A stretch of 64,000 nt of DNA from Candidatus Bipolaricaulota bacterium (GCA_025061735.1 JANXAU010000044.1:13933-77932), one strand, 5' to 3'; positions 15,649 to 24,972 are shown, numbered from the stretch's first letter. Notes: generated from the sequence alone by a model not told the origin. A program made the numbers and translations.

Positions 15649-16865
15649 GTTTTCACCCCCACCCAGATCAAGTCTTCTGGCTCTTGGTGCGTTTCTGCGT
15701 AGTCTACGATCTCGCGCAGCACCTCGGGCGTGATGTCGCGCCCGCCCAAGCCCGCCACAAACCCAAAGAGCGCCGGCCTCACGGGGGCATTGTAGAGCGC
15801 CGACTTGATCTCCTGCGCGAAGATCCCCCCAACACCGAAGCCAATGTTGCGATCAATCACGGCGATCTTCTTCGCCGGCATCAGCGCTTGGCGCACCAAC
15901 TCGATGGGAAAAGGCCGGAAGAGTCGAATCTTCAAAAGCCCTACGCGGTGGCCTTCGGCTCTTAGCTCGTCGATCACGTCGCGGGCCGTGCTCGTCACCG
16001 TCCCGGAAGTGACTACTATAAGCTCGGCGTCGTCGGCGTAATAAGACTCGATCAGCCCGTAGCGCCGCCCGAAGAGTCTTTCAAACTCCTCATCGGCGCG
16101 GGCGAACTCCCCAAGCGCCGCTTCGTGCGCCTTCTGAATCTGATAGCGCAGTTCCATATAGACATCCGGTGGGGCTAGCCCCCCAAACGCATGAGGATCG
16201 CTCACATCGAGCTTATAGCCAGCTCTGTAGGGCGGCAGATACTGATCTACCAAAGATTGACTGGGGATCTCTACGGCTTCGGCCGTGTGCGAGAGCACGA
16301 AGGCATCTAAGACCAACATCGCCGGGAGCGAGACGCGCTCCGCCACTCGGTACGCTTGCAGGACCGTATCGAGCACCTCTTGATTGGACTCGCAATAGAT
16401 CTGCATCCAGCCGGTGTCTCGTTGAGAGAGGCTATCGTTCTGATCGGTCCAGACCGACCAGGGCGGCCCCATCGCTCGGTTGATGTTGGCCATGACGATG
16501 GGCAGGCGAGCACCTGCGGCCCAGTGGAGCATCTCGTGCATGAGCGCCAAGCCGTGCGCCGACGTTGCCGTGAACGCGCGCGCGCCGGCTGAAGCTGCTC
16601 CAATGAGCGCGGCCATTGCCGAATGCTCCGACTCGACTTTGATAAATTTGGCGTGCAGCGTCCCGTTGGCGCAGAACTCGCTCAAGAGTTCGACGACCTG
16701 GGTCTGGGGCGTGATGGGATAGGCCGAGATCACCTGGACGCGGGCCAGCAACGCCCCATACGAGACCGCGTGATTCCCCGTGATCACTTTGCTATAGCTC
16801 TGCTCCCTCTCCCTGGTAGGGAGAGGGCTGGGGTGAGGGTGAAGGCTTTGAGTTCTGATTGCCAT
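15645..16865 (-). CDS. porA: pyruvate/2-oxoacid:ferredoxin oxidoreductase alpha subunit
   Basis: VITGNHAVSYGALLARVQVISAYPITPQT is the PorA N-terminus. The exact start is uncertain because the first ~15 codons of the ORF are encoded by a hairpin repeat (16805-16845). Confidence 0.8.
   Translation of the reverse strand: MAIRTQSLHPHPSPLPTREREQSYSKVITGNHAVSYGALLARVQVISAYPITPQTQVVELLSEFCANGTLHAKFIKVESEHSAMAALIGAASAGARAFTATSAHGLALMHEMLHWAAGARLPIVMANINRAMGPPWSVWTDQNDSLSQRDTGWMQIYCESNQEVLDTVLQAYRVAERVSLPAMLVLDAFVLSHTAEAVEIPSQSLVDQYLPPYRAGYKLDVSDPHAFGGLAPPDVYMELRYQIQKAHEAALGEFARADEEFERLFGRRYGLIESYYADDAELIVVTSGTVTSTARDVIDELRAEGHRVGLLKIRLFRPFPIELVRQALMPAKKIAVIDRNIGFGVGGIFAQEIKSALYNAPVRPALFGFVAGLGGRDITPEVLREIVDYAETHQEPEDLIWVGVKT
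16805..16845 (+). repeat. GC-rich hairpin repeat, copy 2 (ccctctccc-tggta-gggagaggg-ctg-gggtgagggtgaagg)
   Basis: Perfect 9-bp inverted repeat plus a gggtgagggtgaagg tail, at the 5' end of porA. Confidence 0.7.
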
Positions 16866-16868
16866 GAG

Positions 16869-18545
16869 TCATCGCCCCTCTTCTATTAAATCAATGCACC
16901 CGCGCGGGCATTCCGCCGCGCAGATCCCGCAGCCCTTGCAGTACTCCAAGTTCACGTGATAGAGACCATTGACGCGCGAGATCGCCACATCGGGGCAGAA
17001 GACCCGACAGTTGTCGCACGCGTTGCAGACCCCGCACGAGAAACACCGTTGCGCTTCGACGATGGCGTCTTCGAGCCACAACGGGGCCTTCACTTCGGCA
17101 AAGCCGTGCTGGCGCTCTTCTGGGGGCAGCTCCAGCACGGGGACGCGGGCCTGATGAGCGAAGTAACTCGTGTTGAGCTTGATCTTCTCAGGGGCGAATC
17201 GTTCAGGGAGAAGAGCAGAAGCCGTGCGCGAGGGTGAGCGCAGATAACGCTGGATCGCTTTGGAGGCGGCTTTCCCGTCGGCGATCGCTTCAACAACGGT
17301 GCTGGGGCCGGTGCGGGCGTCGCCGCCTAAGAAGATCCCCGCGCGGGAGAGCCGCCCGCGCTCGTTGTGAATGACGATCCCCTCGCTGGTCTCCAGCTCT
17401 TCGGCGAGAAAGTCCAGATCGGGGTCTTCGCCGATGGCTTTGAGCAGCGCATCGGCTTCCAAGACGAACTCGGAGTTGGGGAGGGGCACGGGGCGGCGAC
17501 GCCCGCTCTTGTCCGGTTCTCCCAGTTGCATTCTGATCAGGTGCACCCGCAGACGCCCGTGGACGCGCTCGATCTTCTGGGGAGCGGCCAAGAAGAGAAA
17601 CTCGACGCCTTCGGCTTCGGCTTGGGCGATCTCTTCGGGGATCGCGGGCATCTCGGCGCGCGTGCGCCGATAGATCACCGTGACGCGAGCGCCCAGGCGC
17701 AGCGCCGTACGCGCCGCGTCCATGGCCGTGTTGCCCCCGCCGATGACGAGCACCCTCTCTCCTAACGAGATTTTTCGCCCCGTGTTGATCGCTTTGAGAA
17801 CGTCCAAGCCCGCCAGCACCCCCGGCAGCTCTTCGCCGGGGATCCCCAAGGGCCGACTGCGATAGGCCCCCGTCGCGATGAAGAGCGCATCGTAACTCGC
17901 CCAGAGCCTCTCTAGGTCTATATCGCGCCCGACGCGATAGCCGGTCTTGATCTCCACTCCCAGACGCACGATATCGTCTATCTCTTTGTCTATAACGTCG
18001 CGGGGCAGACGATAAGACGGAATCCCCAAGCGCAGCATCCCGCCCGGTTGGGATTCGGCTTCATAGATCGTGACGGGATAGTTCTGCTTGGCTAAGAAAT
18101 ACGCGCAGCTCAGCCCGGCGGGGCCGGAACCAACGATCGCGATCTTCTCGCGGCGGCGCTCCCCCGAGGGTGGCTCGTCGTGGAGCGCGAAGGCCTCATC
18201 GGCGACGTGGCGTTCGAGTGCCGCAATCGCGATGGGTTCGTCGAACTCTTTGCGGTTGCAGTAGGCCTCGCACGGGTGGGCGCAGACCCGCCCGGTGATG
18301 CCGGGGAAGGGATTGTTCTCACGAATAGTCTTCCAAGCTTCGGTCAGTCGTCCTTCGGCGACGAGCGCCAGCCAGCGCGGGATGTCGTTCCCCGCGGGGC
18401 AGCCCGCTCGGCACGGCGGAATCTTGTTCCGATAGACGGGGCGCAGATAGCGCCAGCTCCCTGTCTTGTTATGGCTAATATCGTCGAGCGAGATCGCCAA
18501 CGGCGGCATCTCGGCGACGCTGCGGAAAGTAATGGCTCGGCCCAT
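16869..18545 (-). CDS. fusion protein: a GltD-like NAD(P)H-dependent FAD/Fe-S oxidoreductase (glutamate synthase small-chain family) joined to a C-terminal POR delta-subunit 2x[4Fe-4S] ferredoxin
   Basis: N-terminal GltD-type Fe-S domain (…CRAGCPAGNDIPRW…GRVCAHPCEAYC…) and Rossmann motif KIAIVGSGPAGL. The C-terminal ~70 aa carry CFSCGVC…CP and CKGCGICAAECP ferredoxin motifs. It sits in the porD slot between porG and porA. Confidence 0.75.
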   Translation of the reverse strand: MGRAITFRSVAEMPPLAISLDDISHNKTGSWRYLRPVYRNKIPPCRAGCPAGNDIPRWLALVAEGRLTEAWKTIRENNPFPGITGRVCAHPCEAYCNRKEFDEPIAIAALERHVADEAFALHDEPPSGERRREKIAIVGSGPAGLSCAYFLAKQNYPVTIYEAESQPGGMLRLGIPSYRLPRDVIDKEIDDIVRLGVEIKTGYRVGRDIDLERLWASYDALFIATGAYRSRPLGIPGEELPGVLAGLDVLKAINTGRKISLGERVLVIGGGNTAMDAARTALRLGARVTVIYRRTRAEMPAIPEEIAQAEAEGVEFLFLAAPQKIERVHGRLRVHLIRMQLGEPDKSGRRRPVPLPNSEFVLEADALLKAIGEDPDLDFLAEELETSEGIVIHNERGRLSRAGIFLGGDARTGPSTVVEAIADGKAASKAIQRYLRSPSRTASALLPERFAPEKIKLNTSYFAHQARVPVLELPPEERQHGFAEVKAPLWLEDAIVEAQRCFSCGVCNACDNCRVFCPDVAISRVNGLYHVNLEYCKGCGICAAECPRGCIDLIEEGR

Positions 18546-18566
18546 GAGGTGCCCCTCCTTTGCACA

Positions 18567-19139
18567 TCACTGAACTGCCATGGCAACGCTACGCACAACC
18601 ACTCGTTCGTAGGCCGCTTGCGCGGCGGCTTGATTGCGCTCGGCCTGCGCGGGGATCTTCTCGGCAATCGCTTCCAAGATGGATTCTAAGCGCACGAGTC
18701 CGGTGGCGCGCGCGAAGGCCCCCAAGATCGCCGTATTGACGATGGGGTTGGTGCGCGTCCCCAGTCGGTGCTCGACAGCGATGGCGCTCGCGGGGACGGT
18801 CGCTACGGTAAAGTCGTGCCACTGGGAGAAATCCTCCGGCGGGCGCTCGGTGTTCACTAGGACCAGCCCGTGAGGTTTCAATCCAGCGGTGACATCTACA
18901 GCGGCGATCAGCGTCGGATCGAGGACGACGACCATATCGGGAGTATAGATCTGACAGCGTCTTCGGATGGGGCGGGTATCGCTGCGCAGAAATGCCGTCA
19001 CGGGCGCGCCGCGCCTCTCCACGCCAAACGCTGGAAAGGCTTGGACGAACTGGCCCTCTTTGAAGAGCGCTGCAGCCAAAATCTCCGAAGCGACGACGGC
19101 TCCCTGCCCGCCTCGTCCGTGAAAGCGCACCTCGATCAT
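18567..19139 (-). CDS. porG: pyruvate/2-oxoacid:ferredoxin oxidoreductase gamma subunit
   Basis: MIEVRFHGRGGQGAVVASEILAAALF is the canonical PorG N-terminus; a GGGAGGAG Shine-Dalgarno lies upstream. Confidence 0.85.
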   Translation of the reverse strand: MIEVRFHGRGGQGAVVASEILAAALFKEGQFVQAFPAFGVERRGAPVTAFLRSDTRPIRRRCQIYTPDMVVVLDPTLIAAVDVTAGLKPHGLVLVNTERPPEDFSQWHDFTVATVPASAIAVEHRLGTRTNPIVNTAILGAFARATGLVRLESILEAIAEKIPAQAERNQAAAQAAYERVVVRSVAMAVQ

Positions 19140-19165
19140 CGCGATCAGCTCCTCCCGTCGTGTCT

Positions 19166-19195
19166 ATCGTAGCCTTCACAGCCTCAAAAACTCAA
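19166..19195 (-). promoter_or_regulatory. candidate promoter of the POR operon (TTGAGT-18-TACGAT)
   Basis: Hexamers on the minus strand, upstream of the porG Shine-Dalgarno, in the divergent region shared with ogt. Confidence 0.35.
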
Positions 19196-19292
19196 TGATT
19201 TAGGGCAAGCGCAAAGTTGAGCTGCGTCAGGTTTATGGGATGGCTTTTGGAGCGTGTAGGCGCTAAGATGGTATTGGTGAGGAGGCCAAGAT

Positions 19293-19814
19293 ATGCGAAT
19301 TTTCTACACGATTACGGATTCCCCAATCGGGAAGCTACTGGTAGCTGCGACCGAGCGCGGGCTGTGCGCCGTGAAGTTTGTTCACAGCCGCGCCGCGGGC
19401 GAAGCCGCGCTGCGACGGGAGTATCCGTCCGCGGAGATCGCTCGTGACGATCGGCGTCTTAGAGATGGGGTCACGGCTCTGAAAGATTACTTGGAGGGAC
19501 GTGACTTCGCACGCGCTCTCTCTTTGGATCTGCGCGCGACGGCGTTTCAGCGGCGCGTCTGGGAAGCGCTGCGTAAGATCCCCTACGGCGAGACGCGCTC
19601 GTACCGCGAGATCGCCCAAGCGATCGGGCGTCCCACGGCGGTGCGCGCCGTCGCCCGCGCCTGCGCGACCAATCCCATTGCTCTTCTGATCCCCTGCCAT
19701 CGCGTCGTCCGCAGCGATGGCGGCTTAGGCGGCTACAGCAGCGGGATCGCCCGAAAGAGGAAGCTCTTGGAACACGAGCAGAGACGATCACCCAAGTCGG
19801 GGAAGCGAGCATGA
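19293..19814 (+). CDS. ogt: methylated-DNA-protein-cysteine S-methyltransferase
   Basis: Active-site PCHRVV and the preceding helix-turn-helix (YGETRSYREIA). Confidence 0.85.
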   Translation: MRIFYTITDSPIGKLLVAATERGLCAVKFVHSRAAGEAALRREYPSAEIARDDRRLRDGVTALKDYLEGRDFARALSLDLRATAFQRRVWEALRKIPYGETRSYREIAQAIGRPTAVRAVARACATNPIALLIPCHRVVRSDGGLGGYSSGIARKRKLLEHEQRRSPKSGKRA

Positions 19815-20704
19815 ACCCTCCTTCGCGGCTGGCCCTTCTGGCGGCGCTCGGCGCGGTCTATCTCATCTGGGGTTCGACGTATCTGGCGATCAAATTTGCC
19901 GTCGAGACGCTGCCGCCCTTTTTGATGGCCGGGGTGCGCTTCTTTACAGCGGGCGCGTTGCTCTATCTGTGGATGCGGTGGCGCGGGGAGCCGCGCCCGA
20001 CGCTGCTGCATTGGGGCAATGCTGCGATTGTCGGAGGGTGTCTGATCTTAGGGGGCAACGGAGGCGTCGTCTGGGCCGCGCAATATGTCCCCTCGGGGAT
20101 CATCGCGCTGATGATTGCTACGGTGCCGTTGTGGATGGTCTTGCTGGAGTGGATGCGCGGGGTACGCCCTAACGGTGGAGTCATCGGTGGGGTACTCTTA
20201 GGGCTGGTCGGGATGGTGATCTTGATCGAGCCGGGAGAGCTACAAGCCCAGCGCGAGATTCCTCTTGGAGGAACTGTGATCTTGCTCTTTGCGGCGTTCT
20301 CGTGGGCCGTAGGCTCGATCTATGCGCGGCGGGCGTCGCTGCCGAGTTCGGCGCTGCTGGCGACGGGGATGGAGATGATCATGGGCGGGGCGTTACAAAC
20401 GCTTGTGGGGCTGCTGATGGGAGAGTGGGGGAGATTAGAGTTAGGTGCTGTCTCGTGGCGTTCGGCGCTGGCGTTTCTTTATCTGATAGTCTTTGGCTCA
20501 TGGGTGGGCTTTAGTGCGTATATCTGGCTCTTGCGCGTGACGACCGCGGCGATCGCTTCGACCTATGCGTATGTCAACCCTGTGGTGGCGGTCTTGTTGG
20601 GGTGGGCGTTGGCGGGGGAGAGCTTCTCGGAGCGCACGCTCTTAGCAGCAGCGATGATCGTTCTCGCCGTGGCGCTGATCACGTTCTACAGCACGCGACG
20701 GTGA
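19811..20704 (+). CDS. EamA/DMT-superfamily transporter
   Basis: Ten predicted TM helices and two EamA repeats (…LIWGSTYLAIK… / …FSWAVGSIYARR…). Confidence 0.8.
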   Translation: MNPPSRLALLAALGAVYLIWGSTYLAIKFAVETLPPFLMAGVRFFTAGALLYLWMRWRGEPRPTLLHWGNAAIVGGCLILGGNGGVVWAAQYVPSGIIALMIATVPLWMVLLEWMRGVRPNGGVIGGVLLGLVGMVILIEPGELQAQREIPLGGTVILLFAAFSWAVGSIYARRASLPSSALLATGMEMIMGGALQTLVGLLMGEWGRLELGAVSWRSALAFLYLIVFGSWVGFSAYIWLLRVTTAAIASTYAYVNPVVAVLLGWALAGESFSERTLLAAAMIVLAVALITFYSTRR

Positions 20705-21441
20705 GGATCCGCGGGGGTGAGTTGCCGCAGGACGTGCTGGAAATCGTCGGGCAGCGGCGCTTCTACGCGCACGGTTCTCTCGGTCTCGGGATGAGCGAAC
20801 TCTAGCGCGAAGGCGTGCAGCAGCATTCGCGTCACGCCCAGCTCGTGATGCAGCCTTCGATTGAGATCGGGGTTGCCGTAGAGATCATCCCCAACGATGG
20901 GACAACCAACAGCCGCAAAGTGCGCTCTCAACTGATGAGTGCGCCCCGTGCGCGGCTGGGCTTGAACGTACGAGAGCTTCACTCCCCCGTGCTCACAGAG
21001 CGCTAAGCGCTCGTAGTCCGTCTGGGCGTAGATGCCCCCGCGCCGCACGGGAACCATCAGCGCTAGCCAGCGCGCTCTGTCCATCTGTTTTTGCAAGTGC
21101 AGCCGAATCGAACCTCGCAGGCGCGTCTCGCCCACCACGAGCGCTCGATACTCTTTGCGAATCTTCTTCAGTTTGAGTTGACGATTGAGAGAGCGAAGCG
21201 CTCTTTTGGACTTGGCAAGCACGGCCACTCCCGAAGTATCTTTGTCCAAGCGATGGACAAACGCGGGCGTAAAGTCGGAGACGAACCCCGACAAATATTC
21301 TAATGCCCATGCCAGCAGCGTCGGCTCGCCCTGGTGATGGCGATCCCCGTGCATGAGCAGTCCCGCGGGCTTGTCAAGCACCAGCAGATCGGCGTCTTCG
21401 TAGAGGACTCGTGGCGCTTTTGCTATTGTCTCTCCGTTCAT
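20686..21441 (-). CDS. RluA-family pseudouridine synthase
   Basis: Catalytic HRLDKDTSGV motif and the VLDKPAG motif. Confidence 0.8.
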   Translation of the reverse strand: MNGETIAKAPRVLYEDADLLVLDKPAGLLMHGDRHHQGEPTLLAWALEYLSGFVSDFTPAFVHRLDKDTSGVAVLAKSKRALRSLNRQLKLKKIRKEYRALVVGETRLRGSIRLHLQKQMDRARWLALMVPVRRGGIYAQTDYERLALCEHGGVKLSYVQAQPRTGRTHQLRAHFAAVGCPIVGDDLYGNPDLNRRLHHELGVTRMLLHAFALEFAHPETERTVRVEAPLPDDFQHVLRQLTPADPHRRVL

Positions 21442-21494
21442 TTGTCGCTATCATTCTGGCACGATTTTTCCAAAAGTCAAGGAGAGGTGAAGCG

Positions 21495-22301
21495 ATGCTG
21501 CCCAAAGATACGCTCAAAGATCGAGTGGCGATCATCACGGGAGGAGGGACGGGGTTGGGGCGAGCGATGGCCTTGGAGTTTGCGCGCTTGGGGGCGCGGG
21601 TTGTCGTGGCCAGCCGCAAGTTGGAGAACTTGCAGCAGACCGTCAGCGAGATCGAGAAGCTGGGCGGGAAGGCGCTGGCCGTGCCCACCGACGTGCGCGA
21701 GCCGGCCCAAGTCGACAATTTAGTTGCGGTGACCAAAGAGCGCTTCGGCAAGATAGATATTCTGGTGAACAACGCTGCGGGGAATTTCATCTGTCGCGCG
21801 GAGGACCTCTCGATCAACGGTTGGCGGGCCGTGGTGGGGATCGTGCTGGACGGGACGTTTTACTGCTCGCGCGCCGTCGGCAAAGAGATGATCGCCCAGA
21901 AGACCGGAGGAAATATTCTGAATATCTTAGCGACGTATGCGTGGACAGGGGGGCCGGGAACGGTGCACAGCGCCTGTGCCAAAGCCGGAGTCTTGGCGAT
22001 GACCAAGACGCTCGCCGTCGAGTGGGCGCGCTATAAAATCAGGGTGAACGCGATTGCACCCGGCCCGATAGATACCGAAGGGGCGGCGAAGGCGCTCTGG
22101 GCCAGTCCCGAAGCGAAGAGGTTGGTCGAAGAGACGGTGCCCTTGAAGCGCTTTGGGCAGCCGATAGAGATCGCCCATGCGGCGGCATATCTTGTTTCGG
22201 ACTACGCGAGCTTCATCACCGGCGAAGCGTTAGTCATAGACGGGGGCCAATGGCTGGGGCACGGGCACTATCTGGGGCAACTAGAACGGCTGACAGAGTA
22301 G
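21495..22301 (+). CDS. SDR-family oxidoreductase (2,4-dienoyl-CoA reductase-like)
   Basis: GGAGAGG Shine-Dalgarno then ATG at 21495. ITGGGTGLG cofactor motif and YxxxK-region motifs (…SACKAG…). The ORF-track start at 21411 is a spurious extension. Confidence 0.8.
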   Translation: MLPKDTLKDRVAIITGGGTGLGRAMALEFARLGARVVVASRKLENLQQTVSEIEKLGGKALAVPTDVREPAQVDNLVAVTKERFGKIDILVNNAAGNFICRAEDLSINGWRAVVGIVLDGTFYCSRAVGKEMIAQKTGGNILNILATYAWTGGPGTVHSACAKAGVLAMTKTLAVEWARYKIRVNAIAPGPIDTEGAAKALWASPEAKRLVEETVPLKRFGQPIEIAHAAAYLVSDYASFITGEALVIDGGQWLGHGHYLGQLERLTE

Positions 22302-22320
22302 TGCTGGAGAAAACGCTAGA

Positions 22321-22893
22321 CTACCCTTGGCCGCCGGGATTTAGAAAGTAGCGCGTCAACCGTTCTGGCATGAGCTCTAGCAGTTTATACGCGATCACGG
22401 CCGCCGCCGCGGCTACCGTAAGCGAGCGCGTCACGCCCAGCATCGGCAGCTCGACGATCAGATCGGCGCACTCCAAAACCCCCGCCGAGATCCCATGCGT
22501 CTCATGCCCGACAATCAAGACTGCCGGAGGAGACTCCCGCAATTCAGCATACGAGATGCTCTGTGGATGCTGCTCAATCGCCATCGCTTTGTAGCCGCGT
22601 GCCTTCAGCTCGGTCACGACCCCTATGCTGTCCTCACGATACTCCCACGGCACCCAATGCTCTGTGCCTACGGCTGCCTTGTGAATTCTGGGATTAGGGG
22701 GCGTGGGCGTCCAGCCACACAGATAGACCCTCTCGGCCGCGACGGCATCGGCCACGCGAAAGAGCGCCCCCACGTTGAACGTATCTTGAAGATTGTCTAA
22801 GACAAAGACGATGGGCTGGCGCGCAATGGCCGCGACGTCGTCGGGCGTAGGGATCTGTTTGCGCAGCGCCTTGGGATAGAGCTTCTTGGCCAT
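22321..22893 (-). CDS. TrmH/SpoU-family RNA 2'-O-methyltransferase
   Basis: SPOUT motifs (LDNLQDTFNVGALFRVADA, LIVGHETHGIS, ELPMLGVTRSLTVAAAAAV). Start moved to MAKKLYP (22893); the 55-aa Arg/Gln-rich extension is rejected. Confidence 0.75.
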   Translation of the reverse strand: MAKKLYPKALRKQIPTPDDVAAIARQPIVFVLDNLQDTFNVGALFRVADAVAAERVYLCGWTPTPPNPRIHKAAVGTEHWVPWEYREDSIGVVTELKARGYKAMAIEQHPQSISYAELRESPPAVLIVGHETHGISAGVLECADLIVELPMLGVTRSLTVAAAAAVIAYKLLELMPERLTRYFLNPGGQG

Positions 22894-22895
22894 CT

Positions 22896-23342
22896 TTAGA
22901 CCGGCTCGATGACGACGCGGCGCTCCTCGCCGCTGCCCTCGCTGCGGCTGCGCGCCCCGGGGAATTGGCTGAGCGCCTCGTGGATCGCTTTGCGCTCGTA
23001 GGCCTCCATCGGGTCTAGAACGATGGTTTTGCGCTCGCGCACCGCCTCTTCGGCCCACTTGAGGGCCAGCGCGCGCAGCTCGGCCTGACGACGCTCACGA
23101 TACCCGTCGGCATCTACGTGGATGCGCAGATCCATCTCCAAAGAGCGCCGCAGATAGATCTCTAGAATATGAGCGAGGGCGCGCAGAGCGCTCTGGTTCT
23201 CGCCCACAAAGACGCGCGCCCCTTGCAGATCGATCCACAGGCCGTCTTCGCGCTCTTGGAGGTGCCAACGCGCCGGCTCGCCGGCGATCTCAAACAGCTC
23301 GCGCAGGAAAGTCTCGATCGCTTCAACGATCTTGGCTTCCAT
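22896..23342 (-). CDS. jag: Jag/KhpB RNA-binding protein (R3H domain)
   Basis: Located downstream of yidC; KH/R3H-type C-terminus (…ERKAIHEAL…). Start set at MEAKIVEAIETFL. Confidence 0.7.
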   Translation of the reverse strand: MEAKIVEAIETFLRELFEIAGEPARWHLQEREDGLWIDLQGARVFVGENQSALRALAHILEIYLRRSLEMDLRIHVDADGYRERRQAELRALALKWAEEAVRERKTIVLDPMEAYERKAIHEALSQFPGARSRSEGSGEERRVVIEPV

Positions 23343-24972
23343 CGGCGCCCTCCGGCGCGGCTTCGGCGTCTTCGATCTGGGGAATGGGACGGCGACGCAG
23401 CTCCCAGATGACGATCGCTTGCTGAGCGACTTGCACCACCGTCGAGACAAAGTAGTGCAGCCACAGGCCCGACGAGAGGTCTTTGAGCAGAAAACCGAAG
23501 ACGACGGGGAAGACCCAGATCAAAAGCTGGTTCTGGCTTGTGCCAGGGGTGGGTGTCAGAAACCCCTGAGCGATCTGAGCCAAGACCGTAAGCGCGACGA
23601 TCAGATAGAGCGGATCGGGCTGGCTGAGATCGCTCATCCACAAGAAGCCGGGACTCATGTGGATCAGTTCGGCGCTGTAGAGCACCACGCGCCAGAGCAG
23701 GATCAAGATCGGGATTTGCAACAAGACGGGGAGACAACCGCTCATGGGGTTGACCCCGGCTTTTCGGAACAGCTCCATCTGTTTTTTCGTGAGCTCTTCG
23801 CGGTTTTCGCGGGCACGGCGGCGCAGTTCTTCTTCGGACATCTTGGGATAGAGCACCCGCAATTGCGTGAGAGACGGATAGCGACTCTGCAGCCTTTCGA
23901 GCTTGGGTTGAATCTCTTTCATCCTGGCCATCGAATGGAATTGCGCGCGCGTCAGCGGGTACATCAGCAGCCGAAGGAAGAGCGTCAACAGAATCAAAGC
24001 CCAGCCGTAGTTGCCCGTCCACTCGTAGAGCCATTGGAGCGACTTGGTGAGCGCGGCCAGAGACTGATCCCACAGGTTGCTCTCGACGATGTTCAGCAGC
24101 CCGGCCTCTTCTAAAAAGATCAGATGGACACGCCCAGCGTAGAGACCAAAGCGATAGACGCGCTTCTCTTGGGGCTTGAGCTCAAGCGCATCGGAGCGTA
24201 CGCCGTAGATCTGTTGTCCATTGGGGAGTTTGCTCTCCCAAGGGTGAATATCTTGTTGTTCTGGGGGATTGATGAGCCAAAGAACCAAATCGTCTCGGAA
24301 GAAGCCCAAGCCGCCAAAGCGCGTGTAGTTGCGCAAGATTTGTGCAGAGCGAGCGCCGTCGAAGAGAAAGTACGGGCGCTCGGTCTGTCCCAGCGCCATC
24401 TCAAACCCTTGGGGGAACGAGAGCGTCTGATCTGATGAGAGATTTTCGATCTCGATTTCGACTTCGATGAGATAAGTCGGCTCGTTGCGCACGGTGAAGG
24501 TCTTGGCGATTCGAAGATGCTGCTCTTGATGACTGAGTCGAACTTGTTGGATGCGAGGGTCTTGGCTGGGGAGCAGTTCTGCGCGATAGAGCGTCTCGGG
24601 GGAGAGCGGGCCGAGGGTGAGGGTGAAGGGGAAGAGAGCATCTTTGGGGTAGTCGCGCTCGTAGAGCTTTTCGCCCGTTGGGGTGACTATAAGAGTTGTC
24701 TTCTGATCGGGGAGGACTTCGACAGGGGGAGCGCCCCACGGGGTTGAGAGCGAGAGATAGACGCTCGAAAGCGTGCCGCCGATCTGAGAGAACCGATAGC
24801 TGACAAGAGCCGTGTTGACTTCGACGTCTTTGGATCTTTCTAATATTCGGGTTTTGATGGCGCTGCGTAGGTCTTGCGCATCGGCGATGCTGTTCCAGAA
24901 GAGCGCGATGAGCGCGCAACCGAGAGAGACAAAAAAGCGACCGGCGATGGGGAAGAGACGATTCTTGCTCAT
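23323..24972 (-). CDS. yidC: YidC/Oxa1 membrane protein insertase
   Basis: N-terminal anchor, a large periplasmic domain, and the conserved C-terminal five-TM core (…NPMSGCLPVLLQIPILILL…). Confidence 0.85.
   Translation of the reverse strand: MSKNRLFPIAGRFFVSLGCALIALFWNSIADAQDLRSAIKTRILERSKDVEVNTALVSYRFSQIGGTLSSVYLSLSTPWGAPPVEVLPDQKTTLIVTPTGEKLYERDYPKDALFPFTLTLGPLSPETLYRAELLPSQDPRIQQVRLSHQEQHLRIAKTFTVRNEPTYLIEVEIEIENLSSDQTLSFPQGFEMALGQTERPYFLFDGARSAQILRNYTRFGGLGFFRDDLVLWLINPPEQQDIHPWESKLPNGQQIYGVRSDALELKPQEKRVYRFGLYAGRVHLIFLEEAGLLNIVESNLWDQSLAALTKSLQWLYEWTGNYGWALILLTLFLRLLMYPLTRAQFHSMARMKEIQPKLERLQSRYPSLTQLRVLYPKMSEEELRRRARENREELTKKQMELFRKAGVNPMSGCLPVLLQIPILILLWRVVLYSAELIHMSPGFLWMSDLSQPDPLYLIVALTVLAQIAQGFLTPTPGTSQNQLLIWVFPVVFGFLLKDLSSGLWLHYFVSTVVQVAQQAIVIWELRRRPIPQIEDAEAAPEGADGSQDR
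24598..24630 (+). repeat. partial copy of the GC-rich repeat (gggggagagcggg-ccga-gggtgagggtgaagg) inside the yidC periplasmic domain
   Basis: Carries the identical gggtgagggtgaagg tail. On the coding strand it is translated as …PFTLTLGPLSP…. Confidence 0.5.
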
